From contig CAIOLW010000059.1 of assembly GCA_903859215.1 (NCBI GenBank), forward strand, positions 937-64,936: a DNA stretch of 64,000 bases. The letters run 5' to 3'. The stretch comes from an uncultured bacterium (GTDB taxonomy: Bacteria; Krumholzibacteriota; Krumholzibacteriia; LZORAL124-64-63). How positions within the stretch are numbered: position 1 is the stretch's first letter; each line of letters starts with the position of its first letter. The notes under the pieces were generated by a model. The model saw nothing but the letters and a program-made list of their open reading frames with translations, did no database searches and was not told the DNA's origin. Below, piece by piece: positions 47,064 to 58,758 of the stretch. Both the position numbers and the translations under genes were made by a program.

Positions 47064-48293
47064 TTATGCACCGCCGGCGCCGGCCGCGCCAGCCGCCGGG
47101 ACCGGAAGCGGGCGTTCGGGCACCCGGATCCGCAGGCAGACGAAGAATCCGGCCAAAGCGAGCGCCCCGGCCAGCAGGAAAACCCATTGGTGGCCGTAGC
47201 GTTCCCAGAGCCAGCCCGAGAGGATGGGCAGGGTCATCGCGACGGCGTGGTCGATGCTCACGCCCAGCGAGATCGTCGGCGTGATGTCGGCCGGGTCCAG
47301 GGCGATCTTCTTCAGGTAGGTCGTGCGCGCCACGCGCAGGGCGAACAGGACGTTGTCCAGGATGTAGGCGCCGAAGAGCACCCACAGGTCCCACGGCGCC
47401 GGCAGCAAATCCGACGCGAAGGCGTAGACCAGGCAGACGCCCAGCAGCAGCAGCTCGTCGGCCGCCAGCACGATGCGCTCGCCCAGCCAGTCGATGACGT
47501 CGCCCAGCAGCGGCCGCATCAGCACGCCGAGCGCCGAGGCGATGAAGTACAGCAACGCGATGGTCGAGACCGACACATGGTGCAGCGAGACCAGCACCCA
47601 GGTGCCGAAGACCAGGAAGATCTGCTTGCGGATGCCGAACAGCGCGCTGATCGCGTAGAAGATGCCGTACTCGCGACGGAAGACCAGGCGACGCGACGGC
47701 ACATCCTGCTTGCCGATCTGCACCCGCAGGTAGAAGAACCCCGCCACCGCGGCGCAGAGCGCGCCGCCCAGGTAGAAGATGTCGTAGCGATCGCCGAGCA
47801 GACGGGAGGTCACCCAGACGCCGGACACGCCGAGAATGACGCCCAGGTTGCGGGCACCGCCGAGCTGGCCAAGGCGTCGGCCTTCGGCGCCGGGCTTTGC
47901 CAGCTTCAGGCCCAGCGGGCCTTCCACCGCGAAGATGATGTGGTCACCCAGCGACCAGATGATCGTCCACAGGACCAGGAGCGCCGGCCCGCGGGCCAGC
48001 CAGCCCAGGCCAAGCGAACCAATGACCGTCGCGATCATCGCCAGCGCGGCGATGCGGCTCTCGCGCATGCGGATCAGCAACAGCCCGACGACCGCGAGGA
48101 TGATGAATCCCGGGGCCTCGCGCGGCAGTTCGAGCCAGCCGCGGCTGCTGGCGTCGAAACCGTGGACATCGGCGAGGTAGTTGTTGAACGTCGAGGAGAT
48201 GATGCCCGACACGGCGCCGAAGAACATGGTCGCCAGCACCACGCGCCGGAAGTCGCCTTGCACCTGCCCGGACAGTTCGCGCCACGTCCTCAA
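47064..48293 (-). CDS. MFS transporter
   Basis: About 12 TM helices in the C-terminal 409 aa of track ORF 47064..49529. TTG 48293 overlaps the malQ stop (TTGA). Alternative starts are GTG or ATG a few codons downstream. Confidence 0.75.
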   Translation of the reverse strand: MRTWRELSGQVQGDFRRVVLATMFFGAVSGIISSTFNNYLADVHGFDASSRGWLELPREAPGFIILAVVGLLLIRMRESRIAALAMIATVIGSLGLGWLARGPALLVLWTIIWSLGDHIIFAVEGPLGLKLAKPGAEGRRLGQLGGARNLGVILGVSGVWVTSRLLGDRYDIFYLGGALCAAVAGFFYLRVQIGKQDVPSRRLVFRREYGIFYAISALFGIRKQIFLVFGTWVLVSLHHVSVSTIALLYFIASALGVLMRPLLGDVIDWLGERIVLAADELLLLGVCLVYAFASDLLPAPWDLWVLFGAYILDNVLFALRVARTTYLKKIALDPADITPTISLGVSIDHAVAMTLPILSGWLWERYGHQWVFLLAGALALAGFFVCLRIRVPERPLPVPAAGAAGAGGA

Positions 48294-49858
48294 GCAAAAC
48301 TCCCGGACGCGGGCGCTTCGGGTTCCTGGCGCGCAGGCGCCTTCTGGCCCGGCGCCCGGCGGTACAGCCAGGCCAGGTGCGCCAGGCGGTCGCCGGCCGG
48401 ATCGTCGAAGGCGCCTTCCGGCAGCCGCCAGCTCCAGTTGCCGCTGTCGGCGCCAGGCAGGTTGAAGCGCGCCTCGCGGCCGAGGCCCAGGACGTCCGGC
48501 ATCGTCGTGATGAAGGTGTGCGCGCACGACTGCAGGCCCAACCGGATGAGCGTCCAGTTCGGCTCGGTGATCGGCGCACCGCAATAGTCCGCAACCATCG
48601 CCTTCTCGGCGACCGAGGCCAGGTGGTCCCACCAGCCGAGCACCGGGTCGTTGTCGTGCGTTCCCGTGTACACGACGGCGTGCGGCGCGTGCTCGTGCGG
48701 CAGGAAGGCGTTGTCCGGTCCGCTGAAGGCGAACTGCAGCACCTTCATGCCGGGCAGGTCGAACGCCTCGCGCAACGCGTCGACCGCAGGCGTGATGACG
48801 CCCAGGTCCTCGGCGATGAGCGGCAGCGCGCCGCCGCCGAAGTCCGCGCGCAACGCCGCAAACAGGTCCGCCCCCGGCCCGGGCATCCAGCGCCCGTCGA
48901 CGGCGGTCAACGCGCCCGCAGGCACGCGCCAACAAGCATCGAAGCCGCGGAAGTGGTCCAGGCGCACCAGGTCGACCTGGCCCAGGCATGCGCGCAGGCG
49001 GTCCTTCCACCAGCGGTAACCGTCGGCCCGGGCGGCCTCCCAGTCGTACAGGGGATTGCCCCACAACTGGCCCGTGGCGCTGAAATAGTCGGGCGGCACT
49101 CCGGCGACCGCCAAGGGGGCACCCTTGGCATCCAGTTGGAACAGGTGCGGCTGCAGCCACACGTCGCTGCTGTCGTAGGCGACGAAGATGGGAACGTCGC
49201 CCATCAACCGCACGCCCCGTGCGCGCGCGTGGTCGCGCAGCGCCTGCCATTGCGTGGCGAAGAGCCACTGGCGGAAACGGTGCGCATCGATCCGCTTGGC
49301 CAGGCGGTCGCGGGCGGCGGCCAGGGCGGCTTCCTCGCGCGCGACGAGCGCCGGCGCCCACTGCGGCCACGGCCGGCCTTCGTGGTCCTCCTTCAGGGCC
49401 AGGAACAGCGCCAGCGGGTCCAGCCACGCAGCCTGCGCCGCGCACCAGCCCGCGAACTCGCCCCACGGGCCCTTGCCCCCGTGCGCGCAGAAGGCAGCAA
49501 ACGCGCGGTCGAGCATCGCGCACTTCCACGTGATGACCGGGCCGTAGTCGACGTGGTCCCGCGGCAGCAGCGGCCGCTCCGCCAGGTCGGCGTCGACCAG
49601 CCAGCCTTCGTCGCGCAGGCGCTCGAAGCTGACCAGCAGCGGGTTGCCGCCGAACGCGGACAACGTCTGGTACGGCGAGTCGCCGTAGCTGGTCGGGCCC
49701 AGCGGCAGCACCTGCCAGACGGATTGGTTGTGGTCGGCCAGCCAGTCGACGAACCGGTGGGCGCCGGGACCGAGGTCGCCGATGCCGTCGGGACCGGGCA
49801 GGCAGGTCGGGTGCAGCAGGATGCCGCTTGCGCGCGGGAAGAGCGGACGTTCACTCAT
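48290..49858 (-). CDS. malQ: 4-alpha-glucanotransferase (amylomaltase, GH77)
   Basis: ATG 49858 (MSERPLFPRASGILLHPTCLPGPDGIGDLG). VRLDHFRGF, IAEDLG, YTGTHDND. Confidence 0.9.
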   Translation of the reverse strand: MSERPLFPRASGILLHPTCLPGPDGIGDLGPGAHRFVDWLADHNQSVWQVLPLGPTSYGDSPYQTLSAFGGNPLLVSFERLRDEGWLVDADLAERPLLPRDHVDYGPVITWKCAMLDRAFAAFCAHGGKGPWGEFAGWCAAQAAWLDPLALFLALKEDHEGRPWPQWAPALVAREEAALAAARDRLAKRIDAHRFRQWLFATQWQALRDHARARGVRLMGDVPIFVAYDSSDVWLQPHLFQLDAKGAPLAVAGVPPDYFSATGQLWGNPLYDWEAARADGYRWWKDRLRACLGQVDLVRLDHFRGFDACWRVPAGALTAVDGRWMPGPGADLFAALRADFGGGALPLIAEDLGVITPAVDALREAFDLPGMKVLQFAFSGPDNAFLPHEHAPHAVVYTGTHDNDPVLGWWDHLASVAEKAMVADYCGAPITEPNWTLIRLGLQSCAHTFITTMPDVLGLGREARFNLPGADSGNWSWRLPEGAFDDPAGDRLAHLAWLYRRAPGQKAPARQEPEAPASGSFA

Positions 49859-51089
49859 CGACGGACCTCTGTGGCGGAACACCTTCGACCCTGTCGTCCA
49901 GCGTCCGCGCCGCAAGCGCGCCCACGATGAACGCCAACTGGTAGCCTTCGGCCAGCGAGCGGAAATGCGAGTTGCACAGGCTGCTGATGGCGACCGTCGT
50001 CAGGAAGCCGGCGGCGACCAGGCCGGCCGGTCCGAGCCCCAACCCCTGCCGCACCCCGACCACGATGAGCCCCAGCAGCAGCAAGAGGCCCACGATCCCG
50101 TTCTCCATCCAGACATACAGGTACTGGCAGTGCGCATCGGTCATCGGCTGCCCCTGCCAGCTGCCCGATCTCGCCGCCGCGTAGGGCGTATAGACGGCGC
50201 CGAACGACGACGTGCCGTAGCCCAGGACCGGGTTCCGCAGGATCAGGCCCCAGGTGTTGGCGTAAAGCACCATGCGCATGCCGATGGACGTTTCGACCGG
50301 GCTCGTCCGGTACGTGTGGAATTCCGCCGCGGCCTCACCGAAGCGCTTCTGGATAATCGAGGACGTCGACACGAAGACCAGCATCAGCAGGCCGGCGGCC
50401 GCCAGGACCATCAGTCGCCTGCCCGGCCGCAACCGGAGGCTACCGATGACGACGACGGCCGCCGCCAGCGCCACGAGCCCGGTTCGCGACGAACTGACAT
50501 AAGCGATGTTGAACACCAGCAGGGCGATGCCCGCCCAGGCGACCGGCCGCAGCGCCCGGTGCCAGCTGCGGTCCGTCGCCAGCCAGACGCAGGCGAAGAC
50601 GGCCGCGACGAAGGCGATGCTCTGGGCCGTGTAGGTGATCATCACGATGCCGTTGCCCTGCCCCCGCGGATTCCGGTGCGCCACCCACAGCCACAGGGAG
50701 ACGAGCGCCCACGCAATCATGGCCAGGGCGTAGCCGCACGCGAAGCGCCTTTGGGCGGCGACGCGGTCGTACAGGCCCAGGACGACGAAGGCCAGGGGCA
50801 GCACCAGCCACGCTTCCAGCGCATGGATGCGCACGGGCCAGAGAGTGGGCGCGTGGAAGAGGCCGACGACGAGCCAGGCCGTCAGGGCCAGCAGCATCTT
50901 GCCCAGCGGCTGACGGTACGCGACCTGCAGGATCCGGGTGAGGCGACCGGACGCCAGCACAGCCAGGAGCATCGCCACCAAAAAGACGCTCTTGGCGCCG
51001 GTGGACACAGGCGCCGCGACCGCGGACAGCAGTGCGAGCCACTGCGCCGCCGCCAACATGATCGTCGCCTGGCGTCCGTCCCGGTTCAT
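49851..51089 (-). CDS. O-antigen ligase/polymerase-family (Wzy_C) membrane protein
   Basis: ATG 51089. About 10-12 TM helices with a Wzy_C-type loop (SSRTGLVALAAA). 8-nt overlap with the malQ start. Confidence 0.7.
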   Translation of the reverse strand: MNRDGRQATIMLAAAQWLALLSAVAAPVSTGAKSVFLVAMLLAVLASGRLTRILQVAYRQPLGKMLLALTAWLVVGLFHAPTLWPVRIHALEAWLVLPLAFVVLGLYDRVAAQRRFACGYALAMIAWALVSLWLWVAHRNPRGQGNGIVMITYTAQSIAFVAAVFACVWLATDRSWHRALRPVAWAGIALLVFNIAYVSSSRTGLVALAAAVVVIGSLRLRPGRRLMVLAAAGLLMLVFVSTSSIIQKRFGEAAAEFHTYRTSPVETSIGMRMVLYANTWGLILRNPVLGYGTSSFGAVYTPYAAARSGSWQGQPMTDAHCQYLYVWMENGIVGLLLLLGLIVVGVRQGLGLGPAGLVAAGFLTTVAISSLCNSHFRSLAEGYQLAFIVGALAARTLDDRVEGVPPQRSVDE

Positions 51090-51124
51090 CGGAGTCCCTG
51101 CCCCTTCGCTGCGGCCCGCTGCCA

Positions 51125-52898
51125 TCAGAGGTTCCCATCCGGACCGGCGGCGGTCGACAGCTTTCCAACCGGGGGCCCGTCGCCGGCGCGCGCCAAGGCC
51201 GCCGCCAGCAACGGCAGCGGCGGCGGCAGCCAGCGGGCCGCCTGGTGGTCGGCGCGCGCGGCGGCAGCCAGCGCCATCACCTGCCGCAGGTGCTCCAGGC
51301 CGCGCGGCACGTGGGCCAGGAAACCGCGCCGACCCTTGACCAGGCCCAGGAAGCCGTACGCTCCCAGCGCCTGCATCAGCCGCTGGTGCGCGGCGGCCAG
51401 CACCATCGCCCGGACGGCGGCGGGTTCCAGCGACGGCTCGAGGCGCGCGCACACCGCGTCGGCATACCGTTGGAGCATCGCCTCGCGCCGGGCCGGGCGC
51501 AAGGACACGTACGGGTCCCACAGCAGCGAGGCGGCGTCGTAGCCGAGCGGCCCCGGGCGCACGCCCTGGAGGTCGACCACGCGCAGGCGGCCGGCCTTCA
51601 CGAGCAGGTTCTGGGACTGGTAGTCGCGGTGCAGCAGGTACGCCGGCTGCGCCGCGACCACGGCATTGAGGGCGGCGCACTCGCCGTCCAGCGCAGCCAC
51701 GACATCCGGCGCCAGGCCCAGCAGCCCCAGCAGGAAGCGCTCGCGGAAGTAGTCGGTCTCCCAGCGCAGGCCCGCCTCGTCCAGCGTGAGGTTGAACGCC
51801 ACCGGACATTCGGCGCGCGCCGCGTCCGTCGCCGACTGCAGGCGCACGATATGGTCGACGGCCGACTCCCACGCGGCCACGGCGCCCGCCTCGTCGGCGG
51901 CGATGCCGGCGGCTTGCGAGAAGAGGCTGGCGCGGCCGAGATCCTCCATGACGACCGTCTTCTGTTCGGCGTCCTCGCGCAGGATCGCCGCCGGCCCGAG
52001 GTCATGGCGCGCCAGGAAGCGCGACAGGGCGATGAAGCGGTCGTGCTCCGGATCGCCGGGCACGCCGACCATCGCCACGGCCGCCCAGTCGCCGCAAGCC
52101 AGGCGCCAGAATCGCCGGTCCGAACCGTGCCCGCGGATGCGCTCGACCGCCACAGTCGGCGCGGCCGACCCCGTCGCGCCCACGTCGGCGTCGGGTTGCG
52201 CACCGAGCCAGCGCGCGAACGTGCCCACGTCGTCCCAGGTGATGCCCGCGGGCATCCAGGCACGCACGGCCCCCGGCTCGCGCGCGATCAGGGTCGCCAG
52301 GACGTCGACCAGCGACGACGGGCCGCGCGGCACGTCATCCAGGATCCCCCGCCGGAAAGTCGCGACACCGCTGTACGTCAGGCGGCGGACGGCCGCCGGC
52401 TCGTCACAGGCCGGCGCCGGCCGGCCGGCCAGCCGCAGCACACGGCCGTCGGCAGCCACCTCGACCGTGTTGACGGCCGGGTGGTCGACCAGCAGCAGCG
52501 TGGCCACCGCGCCCGTGGCGCGATGCGCGGCCAGCAGGGCCGCGACATCCGCGTCGGTCAGCACATCGCCGTTGTGCAGCAGGAAATCGTCCGCCTGCGC
52601 CAGGAACGCGCGGGCGCCGTCCAGCGCCCCGCCGGTGCCGAGGATCTCCGCCTCGGGGCTCAACGTGAAACGTGCCGCGTCCGCGCGCGCCGCCAGGTGC
52701 GCCGCTACCTGGCCGCCCAGGTGGTGCGTGTTGACGACGATGGGCCCCACGCCGGCGCGGTCGAGGTTCGCCACGGCCAGGTCCAGCAGCGCGCGGCCGC
52801 CCACCGGCAGCAGCGGCTTGGGCACCAGGTCGGTCAGCGGCCGCAGCCGCGTGCCGTACCCGGCGCACAGGACCATCCCGCGCAGGCTGCCGCCGGCC

Positions 52899-52906
<8 letters not shown>
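51125..52906 (-). CDS. Fusion protein: sugar-1-phosphate nucleotidyltransferase (MurU-like) plus APH-fold sugar kinase (AmgK-like)
   Basis: N-terminus MVLCAGYGTRLRPLTDLVPKPLLPV. C-terminal kinase fold (GSDRRFWRL, HRDYQSQNLLV, VVDLQG). ATG 52906 overlaps the NamZ-like stop by 8 nt. Confidence 0.7.
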
Positions 52907-54077
<1,171 letters not shown>

Positions 54078-54117
54078 GTCCGACTCCCGGTCGGGTTCCG
54101 TCGTTCGGTGCCTGCGG

Positions 54118-55269
54118 TCAGCGCGTGGCGAGCGACTCGATCGCCTCGGCCATGCGCGCCCACGAATACTTCTTCTTCTCGGCCGTGACCGCCGCCGCGA
54201 ACTCGCCGGCCTTGCCTTCGTCGAAGAACCGCACGATGGCGCCTGCCAGCGCCGCCGGGTCGCCGGGCGGCACCAGGAACCCGGTGCGGCCGTCGAGCAC
54301 GACCTCCGGCAGGCCACCGACGTTCGTTGTCACGACAGGCCGGTCGTAGTTGTAGGCGATCTGCACGATGCCGCTTTGCGTGGCCGACACGTAGGGCAAC
54401 ACGACGAGGTCGGCCGCCACGAAGTAGCTCTCCACCAGTTCGTCCGGCACGAAGCCGTCGACCAGGCGGATGACGTCGGCCGCGCCCGAGTCGTCGATGC
54501 GGTCGAGGTACGGCTGCTTGTCGCCGTAGACGTCTCCCACGAGCAGCACGCGCACGTCGTCGCCGTAGCGTTCCTTCAGCAGCGGCGCCGCGTCAATCAG
54601 GTGCAGCACGCCCTTGTACGGCTTGATGAAGCCGAAGAACAACACCAGGCGCGCCGCCCGGGGCAGGTCGAGCCGCGCGCGGGCCGCCTCGCGCGTCGGC
54701 CGCGGCCGGCCGGGCGCGCCGAAATCGTACACGGGATGCGGCGCATCCACCACGCAGCGGTCGTCGACGTCCGGCAGCACGATCTTCAGGTCCTGCCGGA
54801 CCTGCGCGCTCTGCGCGATGAACCCGTGGCCCTGCCCGAGCGCCCGCCGCGTCAGGAACAGGCCGAACGGGTACTTCTCGTGCGGAATCACGTTGTCCAG
54901 CAGGTAGATCACGCGCACCTGGGTGCGCCGCCGCAGCAGCCAGGTCACGGCCCAGAAGCCCGGGGCGAAGAACGGGATCCAGTACTTGATGACGAGCGCC
55001 CGCGGCGCCGCGCGCCGGATGTCGCGGTACGTCCGCCACCAGCTGAGCGGCGACCACGGCACGAAGCGCGGCAGGTTCGGGTGGTCGAGCCAGGCGGCCG
55101 ACTCGCCCTCCTGGGCGCTGCCGGGGAACATGAACCCGGGGTACTGCCGCCGGAACGAGGCCCAGAACACCTCGTGGCCGCGCGTCCCCAGTTCCCGCGC
55201 CAGCAGGCCGTAGTAGGTGACGATGCCCCCGCGCAGCGGCGGCGCCGGGCCGAGGAAGGCCAGCTTCAC
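54118..55269 (-). CDS. Glycosyltransferase family 4 (GT-B, Glycos_transf_1)
   Basis: GTG 55269 (VKLAFLGPAPP) in a GTGA overlap with the upstream gene. NVGGLPEVVLDGRTGFLVPPGD. Confidence 0.85.
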   Translation of the reverse strand: MKLAFLGPAPPLRGGIVTYYGLLARELGTRGHEVFWASFRRQYPGFMFPGSAQEGESAAWLDHPNLPRFVPWSPLSWWRTYRDIRRAAPRALVIKYWIPFFAPGFWAVTWLLRRRTQVRVIYLLDNVIPHEKYPFGLFLTRRALGQGHGFIAQSAQVRQDLKIVLPDVDDRCVVDAPHPVYDFGAPGRPRPTREAARARLDLPRAARLVLFFGFIKPYKGVLHLIDAAPLLKERYGDDVRVLLVGDVYGDKQPYLDRIDDSGAADVIRLVDGFVPDELVESYFVAADLVVLPYVSATQSGIVQIAYNYDRPVVTTNVGGLPEVVLDGRTGFLVPPGDPAALAGAIVRFFDEGKAGEFAAAVTAEKKKYSWARMAEAIESLATR

Positions 55270-56369
55270 GGACGCCCCAGCAGGTCGACCGCGGCCGCCT
55301 GCACCGCCATCGCGTCGAGTGACTCGAGGCAGAACGAGGGCGCCGTGCAGCGGGGCTGGAAGTAGCACCCGCAGGGCTGCGGCGGCTGCACGATGGTGCC
55401 GCGGCCGTAAAGCTCGAACTCGTGCGGGTTGAAGATGTTGTTGATGAGCACGAGTCGCTTGCCGAGGCCCAGCGCGATGTGCATGGCCATCGTGACGGCC
55501 GAGACGACGACGTCGCAGCGGTCGACCAGGCCGATGAAGGTGCGCAGGTCGAAGTGGCCCGGGTAGCAGGCGCCCGAAGCCGCGGCCAGGCGGGCGTTCT
55601 TGTCGTTCTCGTCGGGGCCGCCCAGCAACACGACGCCCAGGCCGGCCGCGCGCAGGCCGCGCGCCAGTTCGAGCCAGTGCGACTCGGGCCACAGGCGACT
55701 GGTCCAGCGCCCGCCGCAACCGGTGTTCAGGCCGACCAGCGGCGCGCCGGTCGGCAGGTCGAACGCCGGCGCCGGCTCGGGCCGGTCCAGCACGTACGGC
55801 TCGCCGGCGAAACTGTAGCCGCAGATCGCGAAGATCTCCTGCAGGTAGCTCAGCCGGCAGTCACGGTTGACGTCGTCGAACAGGCCGGTCTGGAACTTCG
55901 CGCGAACGGCGTCGGCCATGTCGGCGCGCACACCTTCGACCAGCGGCCGGCACAGGCCGTGGTCGCCGAGCGTGAAGCCGACCTTGCGGATCGCCGTCAC
56001 CTCGCGCATCAGCGCACAGGCCTGGCGGTCCTTGTCCAGGTTGATCGCCAGGTCGAACCGCGTGTGGCGCAGCCACAGCAGCGTGCTGGTATCCAGCGCG
56101 CGCACGTCATCGACGGCGCGCGGCACCAGCGCCGGGAAGTCCGTCACCCAGGTGATCACTTGGTCGGGGTGCTCGCGGCGCAGCGGCGCCAGCAGCGGCG
56201 TCGTGCGGATGACATCGCCGGCGGCGCCGAGCTTCACCAGCAGGATGCGGCCGGTGCGCGCGCGGAACTCGGGGCAACCGTCGCAGTGCACGCCGGCGCG
56301 CTTGTGCGGCGCGCAGGGCACGTCGCCGCGGAAGTGGAAGCAGTCGGCGCGGTAGTCCACCCGTTCCAT
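55266..56369 (-). CDS. Glycosyltransferase family 9 (heptosyltransferase-like) with Cys-rich termini
   Basis: GT9 core (ILLVKLGAAGDVIRTTPLL, LNTGCGGRW, VSAVTMAMHIA). Four Cys in the first 32 aa and four in the last 35 aa. Confidence 0.8.
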   Translation of the reverse strand: MERVDYRADCFHFRGDVPCAPHKRAGVHCDGCPEFRARTGRILLVKLGAAGDVIRTTPLLAPLRREHPDQVITWVTDFPALVPRAVDDVRALDTSTLLWLRHTRFDLAINLDKDRQACALMREVTAIRKVGFTLGDHGLCRPLVEGVRADMADAVRAKFQTGLFDDVNRDCRLSYLQEIFAICGYSFAGEPYVLDRPEPAPAFDLPTGAPLVGLNTGCGGRWTSRLWPESHWLELARGLRAAGLGVVLLGGPDENDKNARLAAASGACYPGHFDLRTFIGLVDRCDVVVSAVTMAMHIALGLGKRLVLINNIFNPHEFELYGRGTIVQPPQPCGCYFQPRCTAPSFCLESLDAMAVQAAAVDLLGRP

Positions 56370-56381
56370 CCTTGCGGCCGG

Positions 56382-57482
56382 TCAGCGCCCGGCCGGCGTC
56401 TCGTGTGCGCGGATCTGCTTCATCGCTTCGCGGGCCTGCACGTTGAGCCCGCTGGGCAGGCCGTCCTGGATGGCCTTGCCGTAGGCGCTCTCGGCCTGTG
56501 TCCAGTTGTCCATCGCGACGTAGAGGCGTCCCATGTAGAAGTAGACGACGGCGGCGTCGCCCTTGTCGCGGAACAGCGCCAGGGCCTGCGTGAAGGCGTC
56601 GATCGCCTCGAAGTTCCGCTCCAGCACCGCCAGTGCGCGGCCCTTCATCGTCAGCAGCGCCGCGCGCGCGCTGGAGTCGAACTCCAGCCCGCTGTCGAGC
56701 ACCTTCGTGGTCGTCGCCAGCGCCTCGGCGGCCTGGCCGGCGCCCAGTTCCTTCTCGGCCTGGTCCATGCCCTGGTGCACCGGGGCCGGCAGCGGCGCCC
56801 GCAGGCGGCGCAGGTCCGCGCGCAGGTCCAGCGCCAGCGATCGCATGTCGCCGGGCAGTTCGCCGGCCAGCGCCTCCTCCACCAGGGCGGCGGCGCGATC
56901 GAGGTACTGCCCGTCGCGCATGAAGCCGGCCAGAAGGACCTTGGCCACGCCGTCCTCGGGATTCTCCAGGAGCGCCGAGCGGCAGTGGTCCTGGGCCTCG
57001 AGCCGGCGACCGGCGGCGAAGTCCTCGAGCGCGCGGTTGACGTGGTAGCCGTAGGCGGCGTGCACCTGGTTGCGCGGCGGCCCCTGGAGCGTGACGGTGA
57101 AGGCCGCCTCGTGGGCGCCGTTGGTCAGGACGACGATGACCTCTTCGCCCGTGCCCCACGGGACCAGCACCTCGTGGCGCGCCTCGTCGGTCTTGTAGTA
57201 GAGCAGCGACTCGCCCTTCATCCGCAGCACGTTCACGTCGCACTGGGACTGGCCGCCGTCGACGATCAACCGCCAGGCGCGGACCGGGATCTGGTCGAAC
57301 GACACGCGGAACTGGAACGACTCGCCCGGCTGCAGGAAGTAGCTGTCCGACTTGTAGGTCTCCCACGAGTTCCCGGCGGGCGCGGGAGCCGGCGCGGGCG
57401 GCATCGCCCAAGCGGCCGGCGCCAGCAGCGCGAGCGCCAGCAACCACGGCGCGATCCGGCGCGGAAGATGCAGCAGGTGCAT
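56382..57482 (-). CDS. Secreted protein: N-terminal beta-rich domain plus C-terminal TPR repeats
   Basis: ATG 57482. Signal MHLLHLPRRIAPWLLALALLAPAAWA. TPR-like helices in the C-terminal half (AIDAFTQALALF, AESAYGKAI). Confidence 0.7.
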   Translation of the reverse strand: MHLLHLPRRIAPWLLALALLAPAAWAMPPAPAPAPAGNSWETYKSDSYFLQPGESFQFRVSFDQIPVRAWRLIVDGGQSQCDVNVLRMKGESLLYYKTDEARHEVLVPWGTGEEVIVVLTNGAHEAAFTVTLQGPPRNQVHAAYGYHVNRALEDFAAGRRLEAQDHCRSALLENPEDGVAKVLLAGFMRDGQYLDRAAALVEEALAGELPGDMRSLALDLRADLRRLRAPLPAPVHQGMDQAEKELGAGQAAEALATTTKVLDSGLEFDSSARAALLTMKGRALAVLERNFEAIDAFTQALALFRDKGDAAVVYFYMGRLYVAMDNWTQAESAYGKAIQDGLPSGLNVQAREAMKQIRAHETPAGR

Positions 57483-57498
57483 GATCGTCACCCTCAGG

Positions 57499-57527
57499 TT
57501 GAACCGCGTGGCAAGTTGACCGATACT
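57499..57527 (+). promoter_or_regulatory. Candidate sigma70 promoter for the 57661 gene
   Basis: TTGAAC (57499-57504), 17 nt, GATACT (57522-57527). Confidence 0.35.
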
Positions 57528-57660
57528 GGGGCCGAATGTACCGGATGGGCGCAGGGAACTCAAGATGACAGGCGGTTTTCCGCCGCTGCCCGGCCCCCGG
57601 GACCGGGATGGAACCCACCGCCGGCCGCCCCCCGCGTCGCCGGCAGGAAAGGAAACCGGG

Positions 57661-58758
57661 ATGACCTTCGACACCCTCCCCGTGACCGGCCCCCGCCGGG
57701 CGCGCCGCCGCCCCGCGGCCGGCCTGCCCGCCGCGCTGCTGCCCGGGCTGCTGTGCCTGCTGCTGGCCGCCTGGGGCGCGACGGACGCCGCCGCCCAGGC
57801 CACCCAGGGCACGCCCTCGGACCTGCGCCTGGTCGTCCACGACGCCACGACCGGCCTGGCGGGCACCCCCGACCGCGTCGTCATCGACTATGTCCTGGGG
57901 ACGCCCAACACCATCCTGGACATGAAGCCGGCGGCCGGCGAGTTCACGGCCCCCGGGGTCCCGGTCAAGGACATCGGGACGTACATCGTGACGGTGTGGT
58001 ACCAGGGCGTGCCCTACTGGTGGCAGAAGCGCGGCTCGGACCTGACCGGCGGCCCGGTCACGCTGGACGTCTTCAGCGTGACCACGGCGCGCGGAAATCT
58101 CGCCATCAAGGGCCTGAACTTCGTGGTCCAGCACCGCGAGACCACGGCCGAGATCGAGATGCTGGCCGAGGTCACGAACCTGGCCACGCCGCAGGCCACC
58201 GTCTTCGGCCCCGGCGCCACCCTGGAACTGCCCCTGCCCGCCGGATCCACCGAAGTGAAGGCCAGTTACCTGCGCGGGGCCGAGCCGACGCCGGTGGACG
58301 TCTCGGTGTCCGGCACGCGGGCCGTGCTGAAGGTGCCGCTGACGCCCGGTTCGACGCGCGTGCGCGTGACGGCGGTCGCACCGTGGCGGGACACGCTGGA
58401 AATCCCGATCGGCAGCGACCTGGCGATCGAGGCGTGGAGCCTGCTGACGACCCCGGTGTCGGTCGGCGTGGAAGCCGAGGGCCTGCAGGCGCCGGACGAG
58501 AAGACGGTGCCGAACTATGCGCGCCGCCCCGGACCGGCGATCGCCGCCGGCGGCAGCCTGGTCGTGCGGCTCAGCACCGGCACCGCCGCCGGCAAGCCGG
58601 AGCCGCTGTTCAGCGCGCCCGCGGCCACCGGGGAGCCCGCAGCGGCCGCCCCGGCGGCGAAGGACACCAGGGCCAACCGTTTCCCGCTGCCCTTGGCCGC
58701 GGCGCTCGTGGTGGTTATCATCGGCGCCCTGGTCCTGGTGCGTCGCGGCCGCTCGTAG
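57661..58758 (+). CDS. Hypothetical exported protein with C-terminal TM anchor
   Basis: ATG 57661 with AGGAAAGGAA SD. Arg-rich N-region plus signal (LLPGLLCLLLAAWGATDAAAQA). Beta-rich body, Ala/Pro linker, then TM LPLAAALVVVIIGALVLV followed by RRGRS. Confidence 0.65.
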   Translation: MTFDTLPVTGPRRARRRPAAGLPAALLPGLLCLLLAAWGATDAAAQATQGTPSDLRLVVHDATTGLAGTPDRVVIDYVLGTPNTILDMKPAAGEFTAPGVPVKDIGTYIVTVWYQGVPYWWQKRGSDLTGGPVTLDVFSVTTARGNLAIKGLNFVVQHRETTAEIEMLAEVTNLATPQATVFGPGATLELPLPAGSTEVKASYLRGAEPTPVDVSVSGTRAVLKVPLTPGSTRVRVTAVAPWRDTLEIPIGSDLAIEAWSLLTTPVSVGVEAEGLQAPDEKTVPNYARRPGPAIAAGGSLVVRLSTGTAAGKPEPLFSAPAATGEPAAAAPAAKDTRANRFPLPLAAALVVVIIGALVLVRRGRS

